From a plasmid: a stretch of DNA of 64,000 bases. The DNA lies in sequence record NZ_CP081674.1; one strand, written 5' to 3'. Within the stretch, counting starts at the first letter, position 1. Every line of letters begins with the position of its first letter. The notes under the pieces are model-generated. The model was not told where the DNA came from, ran no database searches, and saw only the letters and a list, made by a program, of their open reading frames with translations. A program made the translations under genes and the position numbers. Below, one piece after another: positions 9,031 through 19,308 of this stretch.

Positions 9031-11260
9031 CAACCGCGCTCCTGTCGTGGCCACCGGCGCCTCGGCAGGGGTTGGCGATCACAGGTGGGCGTTGCAGTGG
9101 GAGCAGGTACCGCGCCGGTGGCAGTCGTTGGTGTACCGGCTCGACACAGCCCCGACCAACTCCGTGTTTCAGACCAATCCGCGCTACCGACCCACGCCTG
9201 AGGGGCATGACTTCACCCCTGCGGGCGTGCCGCAACGCTTCTGCGATGAGATCGCATGGTGGGTGTGGACATGCTGGCACGAAGACATCCGCAAGGTCGA
9301 GCCGTCTCATTTGAGGTGGACCAGTCGGGCGTTGAGCGCTGCGGCCGCCGAATACCAGCACCAGCACCGGCACAATCCGGTCAGTATCGCTGACCTCAGT
9401 GTGGAAGCCATCGTCCGGGCGGGCACCGTCGAGTTCGAACGCCGCAACCGCCGACTGCCGACACTAGGGTTTCGTAACAACGTCACCAATTTCATCGAAC
9501 ACCTGCACCTGTATGTGTCGGTGCGCTGCACCGACAAACCCTGGTGGGCCCATGACATTTGGGATGTGCATGCCGACCCGAGGATCCCGCGGCGCGAACA
9601 CGAACCCTGCCACGACCAGGTCGTGCGCCTCGGTGGGATCGAGCCGTCGTGGCTGCGCGAAGGGATACGGTTCTGGCTTCGCACCGCCCTGACCTCTGAG
9701 CAGCTGCGCTGGTCATCGGTGATGCCGCGCAGCCGCGACATCGTCCGGCACCTCGGCCCGTTCCTGGCCGCCCGCGCCATCACCGACCCGGTGATCAGTA
9801 CCGATCGAGCCGCGCTGCGACTGTTGTTCACTGAATTCACCGAGTACCTCAAATCACCTGCGGCGCGTTCGAAACCCGACCGTCCGCTGTCATCGACGGC
9901 GATCGGGAAAACGCAATCCATGACCCAGGCGTTCTATACGTTCATGGTCGATCACGCCGAGGAAGCCGCCGCGGCGACCGGCGAGGCCCGCTGGACTCAG
10001 CTCAGCGACACCCACACCCGATTGTGGGGTGCATCATTTCGCAGCCGCCGCGCCCGCCGCGGCCGGGAACTATCCTGGTATTCCACCGCCGAGCTGCAGC
10101 AGATGCTGTGCTACCTCGATGTATTGGCCGCCGATACCGGCAAGCCGGTGGTCATTACCCATCCCGACGGAACCATCTCGGTCGTGGCAGGGCTCGGCGA
10201 CCCCCAAGCCGCCCGCATATGGCTGCTGCAAGCCTTGACCGGGCGCCGGGCCTCAGAAATTCTAATGCTCGATTTCTCACCGTTGCAGGCCATCCCGGGC
10301 CAGGACCGCCCCGTCGGCGGCAGTGAAGACCCGGACGGGTTCGTCGCCAAACTGCGCTACCAGCAGACCAAAGTCGACGGTGTCATCCCGACCATCCTTG
10401 TCGAGCAGGCCGTGGTCAACGTGATCGCCGAGCAGCAAGACTGGATCCGCAGCCACTACCCAGAGTTGGACCCCAAGTACTTGTTCCTCGGGCTGCGCTA
10501 CCAACACCGCGGCCAACGCCCCCGAAGCTACGACTCCTACGGGATGGCCCTGGGCAAGCTCGACAAAATCCACGGCCTGCTCGACGCGGCCGGCAACCCG
10601 CTGCGGTTCTCCCAAACCCACCGGCTGCGCCACACCCGGGCCACTGAACTACTCAACGACGGTGTCCCGATCCACGTGGTGCAGCGCTACCTCGGGCACG
10701 CCTCCCCGGAGATGACCCTGCGCTACGCCGCCACCCTGCAAGCCACCGCCGAAGCAGAATTCCTGCGGCACAAAAAGATCGGCGCACATGGCACCGATAT
10801 CACCATCAGCCCATCCGATATCTACGACATGACCCAACTCTCGGCGCGCACCGACCGAGTGCTGCCCAACGGGGTATGTCTGTTGCCGCCGGTGGCCCGC
10901 TGCGACAAAGGCAACGCCTGCTTGTCGTGCGGGCATTTCGCCACCGACGCCACCCACCTCGACGAACTGCGCGATCAACACTCCAGAACACTGACACTCA
11001 TCGACCTGCGCCGCGACCAGTACCGCACCCGCACCGGCCGCGAACTGACCGACGACAACGTCTGGATCGCCCATCGCCGCCGCGAAATCGCCTCACTGGA
11101 GGCCATCATCGCCCGTCTCGGCGACGCCGACGCGACCGCCGACGGCGCGGCCGGGGTGGGTGCTGCGGGCACGACCAACCGGTTGCCGCTGACACCGATG
11201 CACACCCGCGGCAGCCACGAATCGGTGCTGCGCAAAGCTGACCCCGACACGCCGCGATGA
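9014..11260 (+). CDS. large tyrosine recombinase, Tn554 TnpB-like
   Basis: The 748-aa ORF has the catalytic box HRLRHTRATELLNDGVPIHVVQRYLGHASPEMTLRYAA and a C-terminal Cys cluster (CLLPPVARCDKGNACLSCGHF). Confidence 0.7.
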   Translation: MTGRPDNRAPVVATGASAGVGDHRWALQWEQVPRRWQSLVYRLDTAPTNSVFQTNPRYRPTPEGHDFTPAGVPQRFCDEIAWWVWTCWHEDIRKVEPSHLRWTSRALSAAAAEYQHQHRHNPVSIADLSVEAIVRAGTVEFERRNRRLPTLGFRNNVTNFIEHLHLYVSVRCTDKPWWAHDIWDVHADPRIPRREHEPCHDQVVRLGGIEPSWLREGIRFWLRTALTSEQLRWSSVMPRSRDIVRHLGPFLAARAITDPVISTDRAALRLLFTEFTEYLKSPAARSKPDRPLSSTAIGKTQSMTQAFYTFMVDHAEEAAAATGEARWTQLSDTHTRLWGASFRSRRARRGRELSWYSTAELQQMLCYLDVLAADTGKPVVITHPDGTISVVAGLGDPQAARIWLLQALTGRRASEILMLDFSPLQAIPGQDRPVGGSEDPDGFVAKLRYQQTKVDGVIPTILVEQAVVNVIAEQQDWIRSHYPELDPKYLFLGLRYQHRGQRPRSYDSYGMALGKLDKIHGLLDAAGNPLRFSQTHRLRHTRATELLNDGVPIHVVQRYLGHASPEMTLRYAATLQATAEAEFLRHKKIGAHGTDITISPSDIYDMTQLSARTDRVLPNGVCLLPPVARCDKGNACLSCGHFATDATHLDELRDQHSRTLTLIDLRRDQYRTRTGRELTDDNVWIAHRRREIASLEAIIARLGDADATADGAAGVGAAGTTNRLPLTPMHTRGSHESVLRKADPDTPR

Positions 11261-11673
11261 CCCGCAAACCACCCCCGCCGCCGACCGAGCAGGCGCTGCG
11301 CGCACTAGCCAAACATCGCAAAACCGTCAGCGACGACAAACGCCGCGACATCGAAAAAGCGCTGGCCTACCTACGCAAAACCAACGCCACGATCAACGTC
11401 TCGACGGTGTCCCGTCGTGCGAAGGTGACCCGCAAAACCATTCACAAACACAAAGACCTGCTCGCCGTCATCGACCAATACCGCCACCACCCCAGCACCG
11501 CCGAACCACCCCAGCCCGGCCGCGACACCACCATCGTGGCCGCGATGCGTCGCAAGATCGCCGCCCAAGACAGCGAGATCCGCGAACTCAAAGCCACCAT
11601 CGCCCATCACGTCACCACCATCGAATTGCTCCACGGCCAACTCGACGACGCCCGCCTTGATCACGGCACCTGA
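11257..11673 (+). CDS. small basic protein, TnpC-like third gene of Tn554-family module
   Basis: The 138-aa ORF is 4-nt coupled to the tnpB-like gene. The call rests on architecture only (A about 400 aa, B about 750 aa, C about 130 aa). Confidence 0.4.
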   Translation: MTRKPPPPPTEQALRALAKHRKTVSDDKRRDIEKALAYLRKTNATINVSTVSRRAKVTRKTIHKHKDLLAVIDQYRHHPSTAEPPQPGRDTTIVAAMRRKIAAQDSEIRELKATIAHHVTTIELLHGQLDDARLDHGT

Positions 11674-12193
11674 CACTCTCACCCGACCCGATCCGCCCGG
11701 CACAAACTGGGGACGACGATCACGATCAGGCTTGAACAATAAACACCTGTTTGATCGCTGCCATCGACGATCAGAAGGGGGGGTTCTTACCGTTTCCGTG
11801 TTGGGCGGCAGTGCATTTGATGCATCGGGTGAAGGGCGAGCTATGCGTAGCAAGTTCATGAGTGCGGTCCGTCGGATTCCCGGGTTCGACAGCAATTCTC
11901 TTGGTGTTCGACATGACAGCGTGTTCGCGCAACGGGACTCCGCCAGCAGCGCCAGCTGATGTCAATATCGTGATGCCAAACTTGGCCGGAATGTCCTGGC
12001 ATGAGCCGCAGCCGGCACTGCGCCAGGCTGGATGGATTGGGACAGCGCTTGGGATGCCTCGCCAGCGTTGAGCCGAGACTACGAGGCAACGACACCTGAC
12101 TGCGAGCCCGCCGATGACTCCCAAATTCGTGGGCAATCCGGCAACTTCCACACCCTGGCCGACTCCCGAATTCGTGATCAAACGTCTCCCGAA

Positions 12194-13336
12194 TCAGCAG
12201 TCAAAGTCATCGGCGAGCGCATTAAGTAATCCGCGTGGGTTGCTGACGATCTCGGCAGGTGCGAGCGCGCCGCTTTCGTTGAAAGTGTTGGTTAGCGTGA
12301 GCGTGGCGATGGTGGCGGCGATCGGCGAGGTGATGTCGAATATTCCGCGTGAGTCGAATGTCGCGGTGCGCACCACAGTGTCGGCTTTCAGCCGTACCGC
12401 AATTCGAAATGTGGTTGGGTCGGCGTGAATTCGTTCGCGGCTGGATCCGGTGGTTGTGCTGAGGACTCGTTCGACCAACGGGCGCGCGGGACCGGCGAGG
12501 CCTCTGCCGATCACCCTCGTCATTGCAGGGGTTAGTCGATCGGGAATCATCGTTTTGAACGTGGATGTGGAAACGGCAGTGTTGATCCGGTCGACGTTGA
12601 CATGCCGGGGAATGGTGAGCACTTCTGGCGCTGGGTAGGTGAAGGTGGGCAGTTTACCGAGTGGCTGACCGAAGTCCATGGTGCGGTAGTGGGGTTGCGG
12701 GACTTCGATGAGGCCATGATCGAACTGGATGATCGGCTTCCCCATACCTCGCAGAAAGTTGGCATAGGCTGCGCCGCTGGGGATCCAGTCGGTGATGTGA
12801 TATCCGATGTGGATGGCGTCGACGTGATCGAGGTCGTCGGCCATGACGCTGACCAGCAGGTCGGCGAGGGTGGCGTAGAAGGCCGCGGACGGCACGAGGG
12901 CGATACCTGCGGCCACGGCCGGTCTGTGCAAATCGTCGAAGACCGATCGAATCGATTGAGGCTCCCCGCTGATATCGACGTAGTGCGAACCGGAAGCGAT
13001 TGCGGCTCGCGCGATCGGATCGCAGGTTTCGACGAACGAGCCCGCCGCATTCACAACGGTGATGACGTCGGCACAAATCGATTCGAGCCGATGACGGGAA
13101 TCCAGTTCTGCCGCTTCGACGCGTACATGCCATCCGTGGCGGCTCACGATCGCCTCAAGTTTGGCACGGTCTCTGCCCACACAGATAACGTCCACGCCTT
13201 CGGCGAGCAGTTCGCGCACGATCTGACTTCCGGTGTAGCCACTGGCGCCGAAGACAGCGACGTCATGCGGACGTGTGGTTGACACAAACTCTCCTAAACC
13301 AATAATGCTGTGCGGTGCAATGGAATTCCGATCCAT
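12194..13336 (-). CDS. saccharopine dehydrogenase-like NAD(P)-binding protein
   Basis: It has a Rossmann motif VAVFGASGYTGSQIV. The ORF extends to 13396, but that would overlap the upstream gene, so the internal start MDRNS (about 13336) is preferred. Confidence 0.55.
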   Translation of the reverse strand: MDRNSIAPHSIIGLGEFVSTTRPHDVAVFGASGYTGSQIVRELLAEGVDVICVGRDRAKLEAIVSRHGWHVRVEAAELDSRHRLESICADVITVVNAAGSFVETCDPIARAAIASGSHYVDISGEPQSIRSVFDDLHRPAVAAGIALVPSAAFYATLADLLVSVMADDLDHVDAIHIGYHITDWIPSGAAYANFLRGMGKPIIQFDHGLIEVPQPHYRTMDFGQPLGKLPTFTYPAPEVLTIPRHVNVDRINTAVSTSTFKTMIPDRLTPAMTRVIGRGLAGPARPLVERVLSTTTGSSRERIHADPTTFRIAVRLKADTVVRTATFDSRGIFDITSPIAATIATLTLTNTFNESGALAPAEIVSNPRGLLNALADDFDC

Positions 13337-13346
13337 TGAACGATTG

Positions 13347-14294
13347 TCAGACGATGTAAGTGCGTACTGGTTCGCTAGGTTGGCCCTCGGTGGCACGCCA
13401 GGATCCGTTGTTAAACTCGATGACGGCCTCGGAGAGGGTTTGTTGGATCGGGTGCAATGTCACACCGAGCGTGTCGGCGCCGTTGTCGGCGATGGTGATG
13501 TCTCCGGCATTGATGGTTTCCAGCAGGGGTAGCAGCAGGGCGGGGTTGCCTCCGTTGAAGGTGGTGAGTGCTTTTGAGGCGACAGGTGGGACGTCGAACG
13601 GTGTCGGCACGAATAGGCGGCGAAGGTTCATGTGTGCGGCCAACCGTCGCAGCAGTGTGTTCCATGACATGAGTTCGGGGCCGCCGATACGCAGGCGCCG
13701 TCCGCCGATGTCGGGGTGGGTTGCCGCCGCGATGAGACAGGCGAACACGTCGCGGGCATCCATCGGCTGGGTGACGTGGTGCCGCCACGGCGGCAGTGGG
13801 ACGACCGGGCTGGCGGCCAGTAGGTTGAGTAGTACGCGGAAGGAACGGCTGCGCGCGGTCACGATCGTGAACGCCCCGACGGCCACGGATTCTGGAGTCG
13901 CCGCGGTGAGAATGTCCTCCACTTCCAGGCGGCTGCGCACGTGTGCTGAGGTGTGGCCTGCCTGCGCAATGGGTGGCACGCCGAAGTAGATCACCCGGCG
14001 AACGCCGGCTTTGCGGGCTGCAGTAGCAAAATTGTGTGCGATCAGTCGGTCGCGGGCGGCGAATCCGTCCGTGTTGCCCTGCTCGAGGCTGTGGATCATG
14101 AAGTACGCGATCTCAACTCCGTCCAGGGCGCGGTCGAGGTCTTCGGGTCTGGTGGCGTCACCGCCAATGACCGGGATGTCGACTCCAACGCGTTCAGGAG
14201 CGCGGGACAGCCCAATGACGTCATGACCGGCGGCCACGAGATGCGGGGCGAAGTGGCCGCCGAGGCCGGTGATTCCGGTGACGAGGATTCTCAA
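13347..14294 (-). CDS. NmrA/SDR-family NAD(P)-dependent oxidoreductase (atypical SDR / epimerase-like)
   Basis: The N-terminus is MRILVTGITGLGGHFAPHLVAAGHDVIGLSR (a GxxGxxG motif). Confidence 0.6.
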   Translation of the reverse strand: MRILVTGITGLGGHFAPHLVAAGHDVIGLSRAPERVGVDIPVIGGDATRPEDLDRALDGVEIAYFMIHSLEQGNTDGFAARDRLIAHNFATAARKAGVRRVIYFGVPPIAQAGHTSAHVRSRLEVEDILTAATPESVAVGAFTIVTARSRSFRVLLNLLAASPVVPLPPWRHHVTQPMDARDVFACLIAAATHPDIGGRRLRIGGPELMSWNTLLRRLAAHMNLRRLFVPTPFDVPPVASKALTTFNGGNPALLLPLLETINAGDITIADNGADTLGVTLHPIQQTLSEAVIEFNNGSWRATEGQPSEPVRTYIV

Positions 14295-15187
14295 TGTTCT
14301 GCTCCGAAGAATGTGTTGAGGTAACCGATCAATTCGTCAGGGCGTTCCTCGGCGATGAAGTGGCCACACGCCGGCAGATTCACCAGTTCCATGTTGGGTG
14401 CATAGCGGCGGTACGCGTCGGAAAGCCGTTGAGTGAGTGGGTCGTTGGCTCCGTTGAGGTGCAGGACAGGAACGGTGAGGGTGAGATTCTTTGCGTAGCG
14501 CCAGAAGTACGGCACCTCCCGGGCAATGACGTTGCGGTAGTACTGTTTCGTGGCAGTTAGAGTGTGGGGTTGGCGCATGGAACTGCAGTAGATTTCGGTC
14601 TCCGCAGGGGTGAATGCGCCGACGTGACGCCATGTGTGTAGTGAGGTTCGCGGTACCTGCAACAAGGTGTTGTTGATCGATCCGAGCGCGGCGGCGGTGT
14701 AGACATGCCAGGGCCGCCATATTGCGCGGGGATGTAGCCCGATCGCTGTCCAGGGATGCAGTCCGGCCAGAGGCATGAGCTTGGTGATTCGGCGCGGATG
14801 ATCCAGACCCAGCTGGTAGGCGATCGCGGCGCCCCAGTCATGTCCCACGACGCCGGCCTGGTCGATGCCCAGCGCGTCCATGACGTCGATGATGTCGGTG
14901 GCTAGGCGTCGCAGACTCCAGTCGCCGCCGGTGGCGGCCGACCAGCCCAGCCCACGCACGTCGGGGCATATCACCCGGAACCGGCCGGCAAGTGCACCGA
15001 GGACGGCACGCCACGCATACCAATGCTGAGGCCAGCCGTGGACGAGGACCAGCGGATCCCCGGCGCCGGCTTCAGCGACATGAACCTCACAGCCGTCTCT
15101 GGTGGTCACGTACCGATGGGAGGTGCCGTCGACGTGCGGCATGGGCAGCATGTCGACCGCGGCGTGGTCGTTCCATGCGTCAGACAC
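14291..15187 (-). CDS. alpha/beta hydrolase (epoxide hydrolase / haloalkane dehalogenase-like)
   Basis: It has HGWPQHWYAWR and GHDWGA motifs typical of epoxide-hydrolase-type alpha/beta hydrolases. It makes an ATGA overlap with the downstream gene. Confidence 0.6.
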   Translation of the reverse strand: MSDAWNDHAAVDMLPMPHVDGTSHRYVTTRDGCEVHVAEAGAGDPLVLVHGWPQHWYAWRAVLGALAGRFRVICPDVRGLGWSAATGGDWSLRRLATDIIDVMDALGIDQAGVVGHDWGAAIAYQLGLDHPRRITKLMPLAGLHPWTAIGLHPRAIWRPWHVYTAAALGSINNTLLQVPRTSLHTWRHVGAFTPAETEIYCSSMRQPHTLTATKQYYRNVIAREVPYFWRYAKNLTLTVPVLHLNGANDPLTQRLSDAYRRYAPNMELVNLPACGHFIAEERPDELIGYLNTFFGAEH

Positions 15188-15241
15188 GAACGCCTCGTGA
15201 TCGACCGGCGCTGCGGGGTTGGAAACCGATGAGTGCGGTCA

Positions 15242-16291
15242 TCAGCGCACCGGATCCGTCGGGTTCGGTTGATCGCCGGTCGCGGTATCGGCATGTGCCG
15301 AGGTGTGGCCGAGCAGTGGGCCCCAGGCATGCAGGATCACCTCGTCGGTGAGGGGCTCATGGGATGCGAGGTAGTCGCTGTAGGAGCTCAGCGCCCGACG
15401 GGCAGCCGCGGTGGTCAAGGTGCGGATGGTACTCGCCGCCTCTCGGCCCAGCCCAGCCGTCGACGGTCGGGTGCCGGCGTCGTAGACAGCCCGCTTGACT
15501 TCGCGAGTGAGGGCTGGCGACCGGCCGGCGAGGCGTTCGGCGGTCTCCGTTGCGGTGGCGAGCAGTTGACCGCGGGACCGGACGTGCTGCACGAGACGTA
15601 GCTGCTCGGCGTCGGTGGCGGTGAGCCAACGCCCTTCCAGCAGTAGCTCGATCGCGACACCGGATCCGACGGTCCGGGTGAGTCGTTGTGTCCCGCTTGC
15701 GCCGGCCAGTATCTCCAAACCGGACTCGACCAGCCCAATCTTGGTGTCATCAGCCATGATCCTGATGTCGCAGGCCAGCGCGAAGATCGCCCCCATGCCC
15801 AACGCCATCCCGTTGATCGCGGTGATCACCACCTGATCGAGCCGGGACAGCCGATCCAGGGCGGCGTAGGTCCGGGCTAGAAACAGGGTGTCGCGTGCGG
15901 CGGTACGTGACAGCACCGCATCCACGTGACGGCTTTTGACGGCCAAACGAGCCATCGCCGCCACAGCGCGAGCCGGGCGATATCCGATCTCCCACGGAAC
16001 CGTCGACGCGCCCGCCAACAGGGAGGGAACGTGAAAGTGCGTGAGATAGGTCGAATCGGTGCCGGTGAACACCACGGCCCGCACCGTAGAATCTCGTTGC
16101 AGCGCACGGGTGAGGGCATCCAGCTCGATGCTCATCTGCTCGTCGAAGAAGTGTCGGGGCGGGTGGTTGAACGTCACAGTCAACACTGAACCCGCCTGCC
16201 GGGTGATCAGGCGCCTGCCAGAGTTCTGAGCCAAGCGCTGTGTGATGTCGCCGACCGTGTTTCCCCGCGGCCGCCGTCCGGGCGCGGTCAT
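15242..16291 (-). CDS. enoyl-CoA hydratase/isomerase (crotonase) family protein
   Basis: It contains VLTVTFNHPPRHFF...VVFTGTDSTYLTHF and a crotonase fold signature. The start is set at MTAPG, which overlaps the peptidase stop (ATGA). Confidence 0.55.
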   Translation of the reverse strand: MTAPGRRPRGNTVGDITQRLAQNSGRRLITRQAGSVLTVTFNHPPRHFFDEQMSIELDALTRALQRDSTVRAVVFTGTDSTYLTHFHVPSLLAGASTVPWEIGYRPARAVAAMARLAVKSRHVDAVLSRTAARDTLFLARTYAALDRLSRLDQVVITAINGMALGMGAIFALACDIRIMADDTKIGLVESGLEILAGASGTQRLTRTVGSGVAIELLLEGRWLTATDAEQLRLVQHVRSRGQLLATATETAERLAGRSPALTREVKRAVYDAGTRPSTAGLGREAASTIRTLTTAAARRALSSYSDYLASHEPLTDEVILHAWGPLLGHTSAHADTATGDQPNPTDPVR

Positions 16292-17508
16292 GCGATGCGC
16301 TCGGTGCGATGCTCGGTCGCCCACGATTGAGCGATGTGGGTGGTCAGTTCCACGGCGTGCTGCACAGTGGTCCAGTTGACGTTGAACACGGTGTCAGATG
16401 GACGGTGCAGGTTACTGATCCAGCCGTCCTCAACAGACAGCAGCGATATCGTCGGTAGCCCTGCCACAGTCATGACAGCGGCGTCGGTGGCGTTAGGGAT
16501 CGTGATTTCTTCGATCGGGAGGCCGAGTTCGGCCGCAGCGTCACGAGCTCGGGTCACCGCTGAACGATCGGATCGGTTGGTCAGAGCCTCGCGCCGGGCC
16601 ACACCCAGGGGCCCGTTGCTGCCCACGGCGTCGAGATTGATCGCCAGTGTGGTGGCGGGGTCGAGTTGGCGGCGGGTCTTGTGCAGCCAGTCGCGGATGC
16701 CGCCGTTGGTGGCTTCCTCGGCACCGGGGAACACCACGAGCACGGTGGTGTCGGGCAGCGGGTTGCGCGCCAGTTGGTGGGCCACTTCGAGCACGGCGGC
16801 CACCCCGGAGGCGTTGTCGTTGGCCCCGGGGGCCGTTCGGCTCCGCATGGACTGCACCATCAGAGCTGCACTGCCGGCTATCACGCCACCTGCGATTGCC
16901 CGGACTCGTCGTGACGGGACGGCCGTTGCCGCCAGCGCAGCCAGGGGCAGCGCATGGCTGGGCAGGGCGCGCCCGGTGGACTTGACCAGCTGTCGACTCG
17001 CGGCCACCGCCTGCGGATGCCACACCATTCCCATGTGGGCGGCATCGTGGTGAGCCACGAGCACCACGACCCGTTTGGATTGTCCCTCGGCGGGGATGCG
17101 CGCATACACCGATGTGCCGGTACGGGCCGGTAGTACGCGTTTGGCCCACCTGATTCGCCCAGAGACTTCGAGCTCGTATGCGGCGGCGACGGCCGCCCCG
17201 GCCACACGGGCAGCGGGGTGTGACAGCACAGCCAGATCAGCACCTAACGCCAGATATGCCAAATGGGCTGGAACCCAGGATGATTGGGTACGGAAGCTGG
17301 ACAGTGTGATGTCTTTGGCGCCGACTTCGGCCAACCGTCCGGCGAGGAAACGGGCCGATTCTCGTTCACCCGATCCCACGGTGCGACGGTCGAAACTGAC
17401 CAGTGTCTCGACGTCCTGACGAAGCCGGGTCAACGCATCGTCGGGCAGCGACGGGCCCTCCAAGACCGTTGCCTGCTCATTGGTTTGGGCGAGATTGTGT
17501 TCGGTCAC
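16288..17508 (-). CDS. M28-family zinc aminopeptidase
   Basis: It has VVVLVAHHDAAHMG and NDNASGVAAVLEVA motifs (metal-binding His and Asp, and the NDN.SG signature). Confidence 0.6.
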   Translation of the reverse strand: MTEHNLAQTNEQATVLEGPSLPDDALTRLRQDVETLVSFDRRTVGSGERESARFLAGRLAEVGAKDITLSSFRTQSSWVPAHLAYLALGADLAVLSHPAARVAGAAVAAAYELEVSGRIRWAKRVLPARTGTSVYARIPAEGQSKRVVVLVAHHDAAHMGMVWHPQAVAASRQLVKSTGRALPSHALPLAALAATAVPSRRVRAIAGGVIAGSAALMVQSMRSRTAPGANDNASGVAAVLEVAHQLARNPLPDTTVLVVFPGAEEATNGGIRDWLHKTRRQLDPATTLAINLDAVGSNGPLGVARREALTNRSDRSAVTRARDAAAELGLPIEEITIPNATDAAVMTVAGLPTISLLSVEDGWISNLHRPSDTVFNVNWTTVQHAVELTTHIAQSWATEHRTERIA

Positions 17509-18398
17509 CGCCGCGTTCCTTTCTTCGATCGTGTGCCCGTCGCGGCCGGTGTCGCGGCAACGAAGGAGGCGAGTTCACGCGCCAGGGTGTCGGGTTGGTC
17601 TTCACTGACGAACGTGTAGGCGTCGGTCACCTCGACCAACCGTGCGTCCGGCAGAATCTGCACCCACCGCTCGGCGTGGGCGAACGGGAAATAGGGTGCG
17701 CGCCGCGGCCACACCAAGAGCACGGGTTTGTCGAACATCCGCAGCTTCTCCGCCGCCGCCAGGGTGTCGCGGTGATCGATGGTAGCCAGGAATCGCGCGA
17801 TGTCGCGACGAACACCCCGACTGGTCACCAGCGGGCGGATCCACGCCGCCGTGATGTCGTCAGGAACCCCGTGTTTGGCCAGCGTGCCGTACACCAACCG
17901 ACGCGCCATACGCGACCGCAGCGGCTGGACGCCGATGGCCATCACGCCGGGAACGCGGGCTGCGTACTGCAGCAACCGAATCGAGAGCGGCAGGAAGTTG
18001 TCGAACGAGTCACACGGCGTCAACACGACCCGCCCGACCCGATCACACCCATCCGCCAGGAGCAGTTGCACGATCGCCCCGCCGGTGTCAGTGGCCACCA
18101 GAGTGACATCACGCAGGTCCAGCGCCTCCAGAAACTCGCCGATCAGCGCCGCCACCCCCATCGGGGACATGTTCGCGCCCTTGTTCATCGCGACGGTGTG
18201 CGCCCCCAACGGCAGATCAAGGGCTATGAAGCGTAATCCCACTGCCGTCAGCGGCGATTCGAGCTTGCGCCAGACCGCCGAGTCGACGAACACGCCGTGG
18301 ATGAACACCACAGGCGGGCCGTCGCCGCCGCTGTCGCGGTAGCGGATTCGGCCGCCCGATAAGCCAACGTCACACGTCGCTGCCATAGCACCTCCCAT
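17505..18398 (-). CDS. alpha/beta hydrolase
   Basis: It has VVFIHGVFVDSAVW (an HG oxyanion motif) and a nucleophile-elbow region. It heads the operon 18398→12194. Confidence 0.55.
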   Translation of the reverse strand: MGGAMAATCDVGLSGGRIRYRDSGGDGPPVVFIHGVFVDSAVWRKLESPLTAVGLRFIALDLPLGAHTVAMNKGANMSPMGVAALIGEFLEALDLRDVTLVATDTGGAIVQLLLADGCDRVGRVVLTPCDSFDNFLPLSIRLLQYAARVPGVMAIGVQPLRSRMARRLVYGTLAKHGVPDDITAAWIRPLVTSRGVRRDIARFLATIDHRDTLAAAEKLRMFDKPVLLVWPRRAPYFPFAHAERWVQILPDARLVEVTDAYTFVSEDQPDTLARELASFVAATPAATGTRSKKGTRR

Positions 18399-18439
18399 TA
18401 GAAGAGTATCACTCTGTTACAGATCTCTATTCGGCGAGT

Positions 18440-19066
18440 ATGCTCGGCTCTATGAGTGACGTCAAGCCCCGACGCCGTGACATCAGCGCAGCCCTCACCC
18501 GCACCGCCGTACTCGATTCGGCACGCGCACTGTTCGTCACCAAGGGGTTCGACGCCACCTCCATTGACGAAATCGCGCGCGCCTCCCAATCCAGCAATGG
18601 CGCTGTCTACCACCACTTTCGGGACAAACAGGAGATCTTCGCCGAGGTGTTCCGCACCAGTCAGGCCGCCATCCTGCAGACCGCGGTGGCGGCCATGCCG
18701 ACCGGCACCACAGCCTGGGGCCGAGTGGAATCGGCAACGCGCGCGTTCCTGCGCAGTTACGTCGCCGACCGGGATGCACGCGTCCTGCTCGGACAAGCGA
18801 TCCGAGTGCTGGGCTGGGACCGCGTCCATCAAATGGACGAAGAAATGTCGCTGCCGCTGATCCGGGCCACCCTCACCGAGGCCATCCAAAACGGCGAAGC
18901 CACATCACTTCCGGTCGACGCGGCCGCCGACCTGCTGTTCAGCCTCTACTGCAACGCCATCCTCATCATCGCCGCCCGCTCCGACCCGGACCAAGCCGCC
19001 GCCGATGTCGAAACGGTCATATTCACTCTTCTCGCTGGGATTCGAGCACAGCCCAACCGAGGTTGA
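18440..19066 (+). CDS. TetR-family transcriptional regulator
   Basis: The N-terminal HTH is TRTAVLDSARALFVTKGFDATSIDEIARASQSSNGAVYHHFRDKQEIF. It is divergent from the hydrolase operon. Confidence 0.75.
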   Translation: MLGSMSDVKPRRRDISAALTRTAVLDSARALFVTKGFDATSIDEIARASQSSNGAVYHHFRDKQEIFAEVFRTSQAAILQTAVAAMPTGTTAWGRVESATRAFLRSYVADRDARVLLGQAIRVLGWDRVHQMDEEMSLPLIRATLTEAIQNGEATSLPVDAAADLLFSLYCNAILIIAARSDPDQAAADVETVIFTLLAGIRAQPNRG

Positions 19067-19308
19067 CCGATTCGGACGATGCGGTAACGCAGGGCTCGAC
19101 GGCAGCCGCCAGAACAGTCGGCCCCGAGCCGCCGCTCGAAAGGATCAGCAGCCGACCGAGGAATAACAGTGGTCGGGGAACCATTGTTCGCTGGCTTGGG
19201 CAATCGCCGCGGCGGAACACGAACGTCAGGTCGTTCAGGCCGGTCGGGTCCACGCAATTGGTAGCGGATGGGGCTATACGTCAGGTCGACGATATGGATG
19301 GGCATCGC

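Larger units (their letters stand above)
7822..11673 (+). mobile_element. tyrosine-recombinase transposase module (Tn554-family-like tnpA-tnpB-tnpC)
   Basis: Three translationally coupled genes have Tn554-like size and order. They are oriented head-to-head with the module at 1931-5724. Confidence 0.5.
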
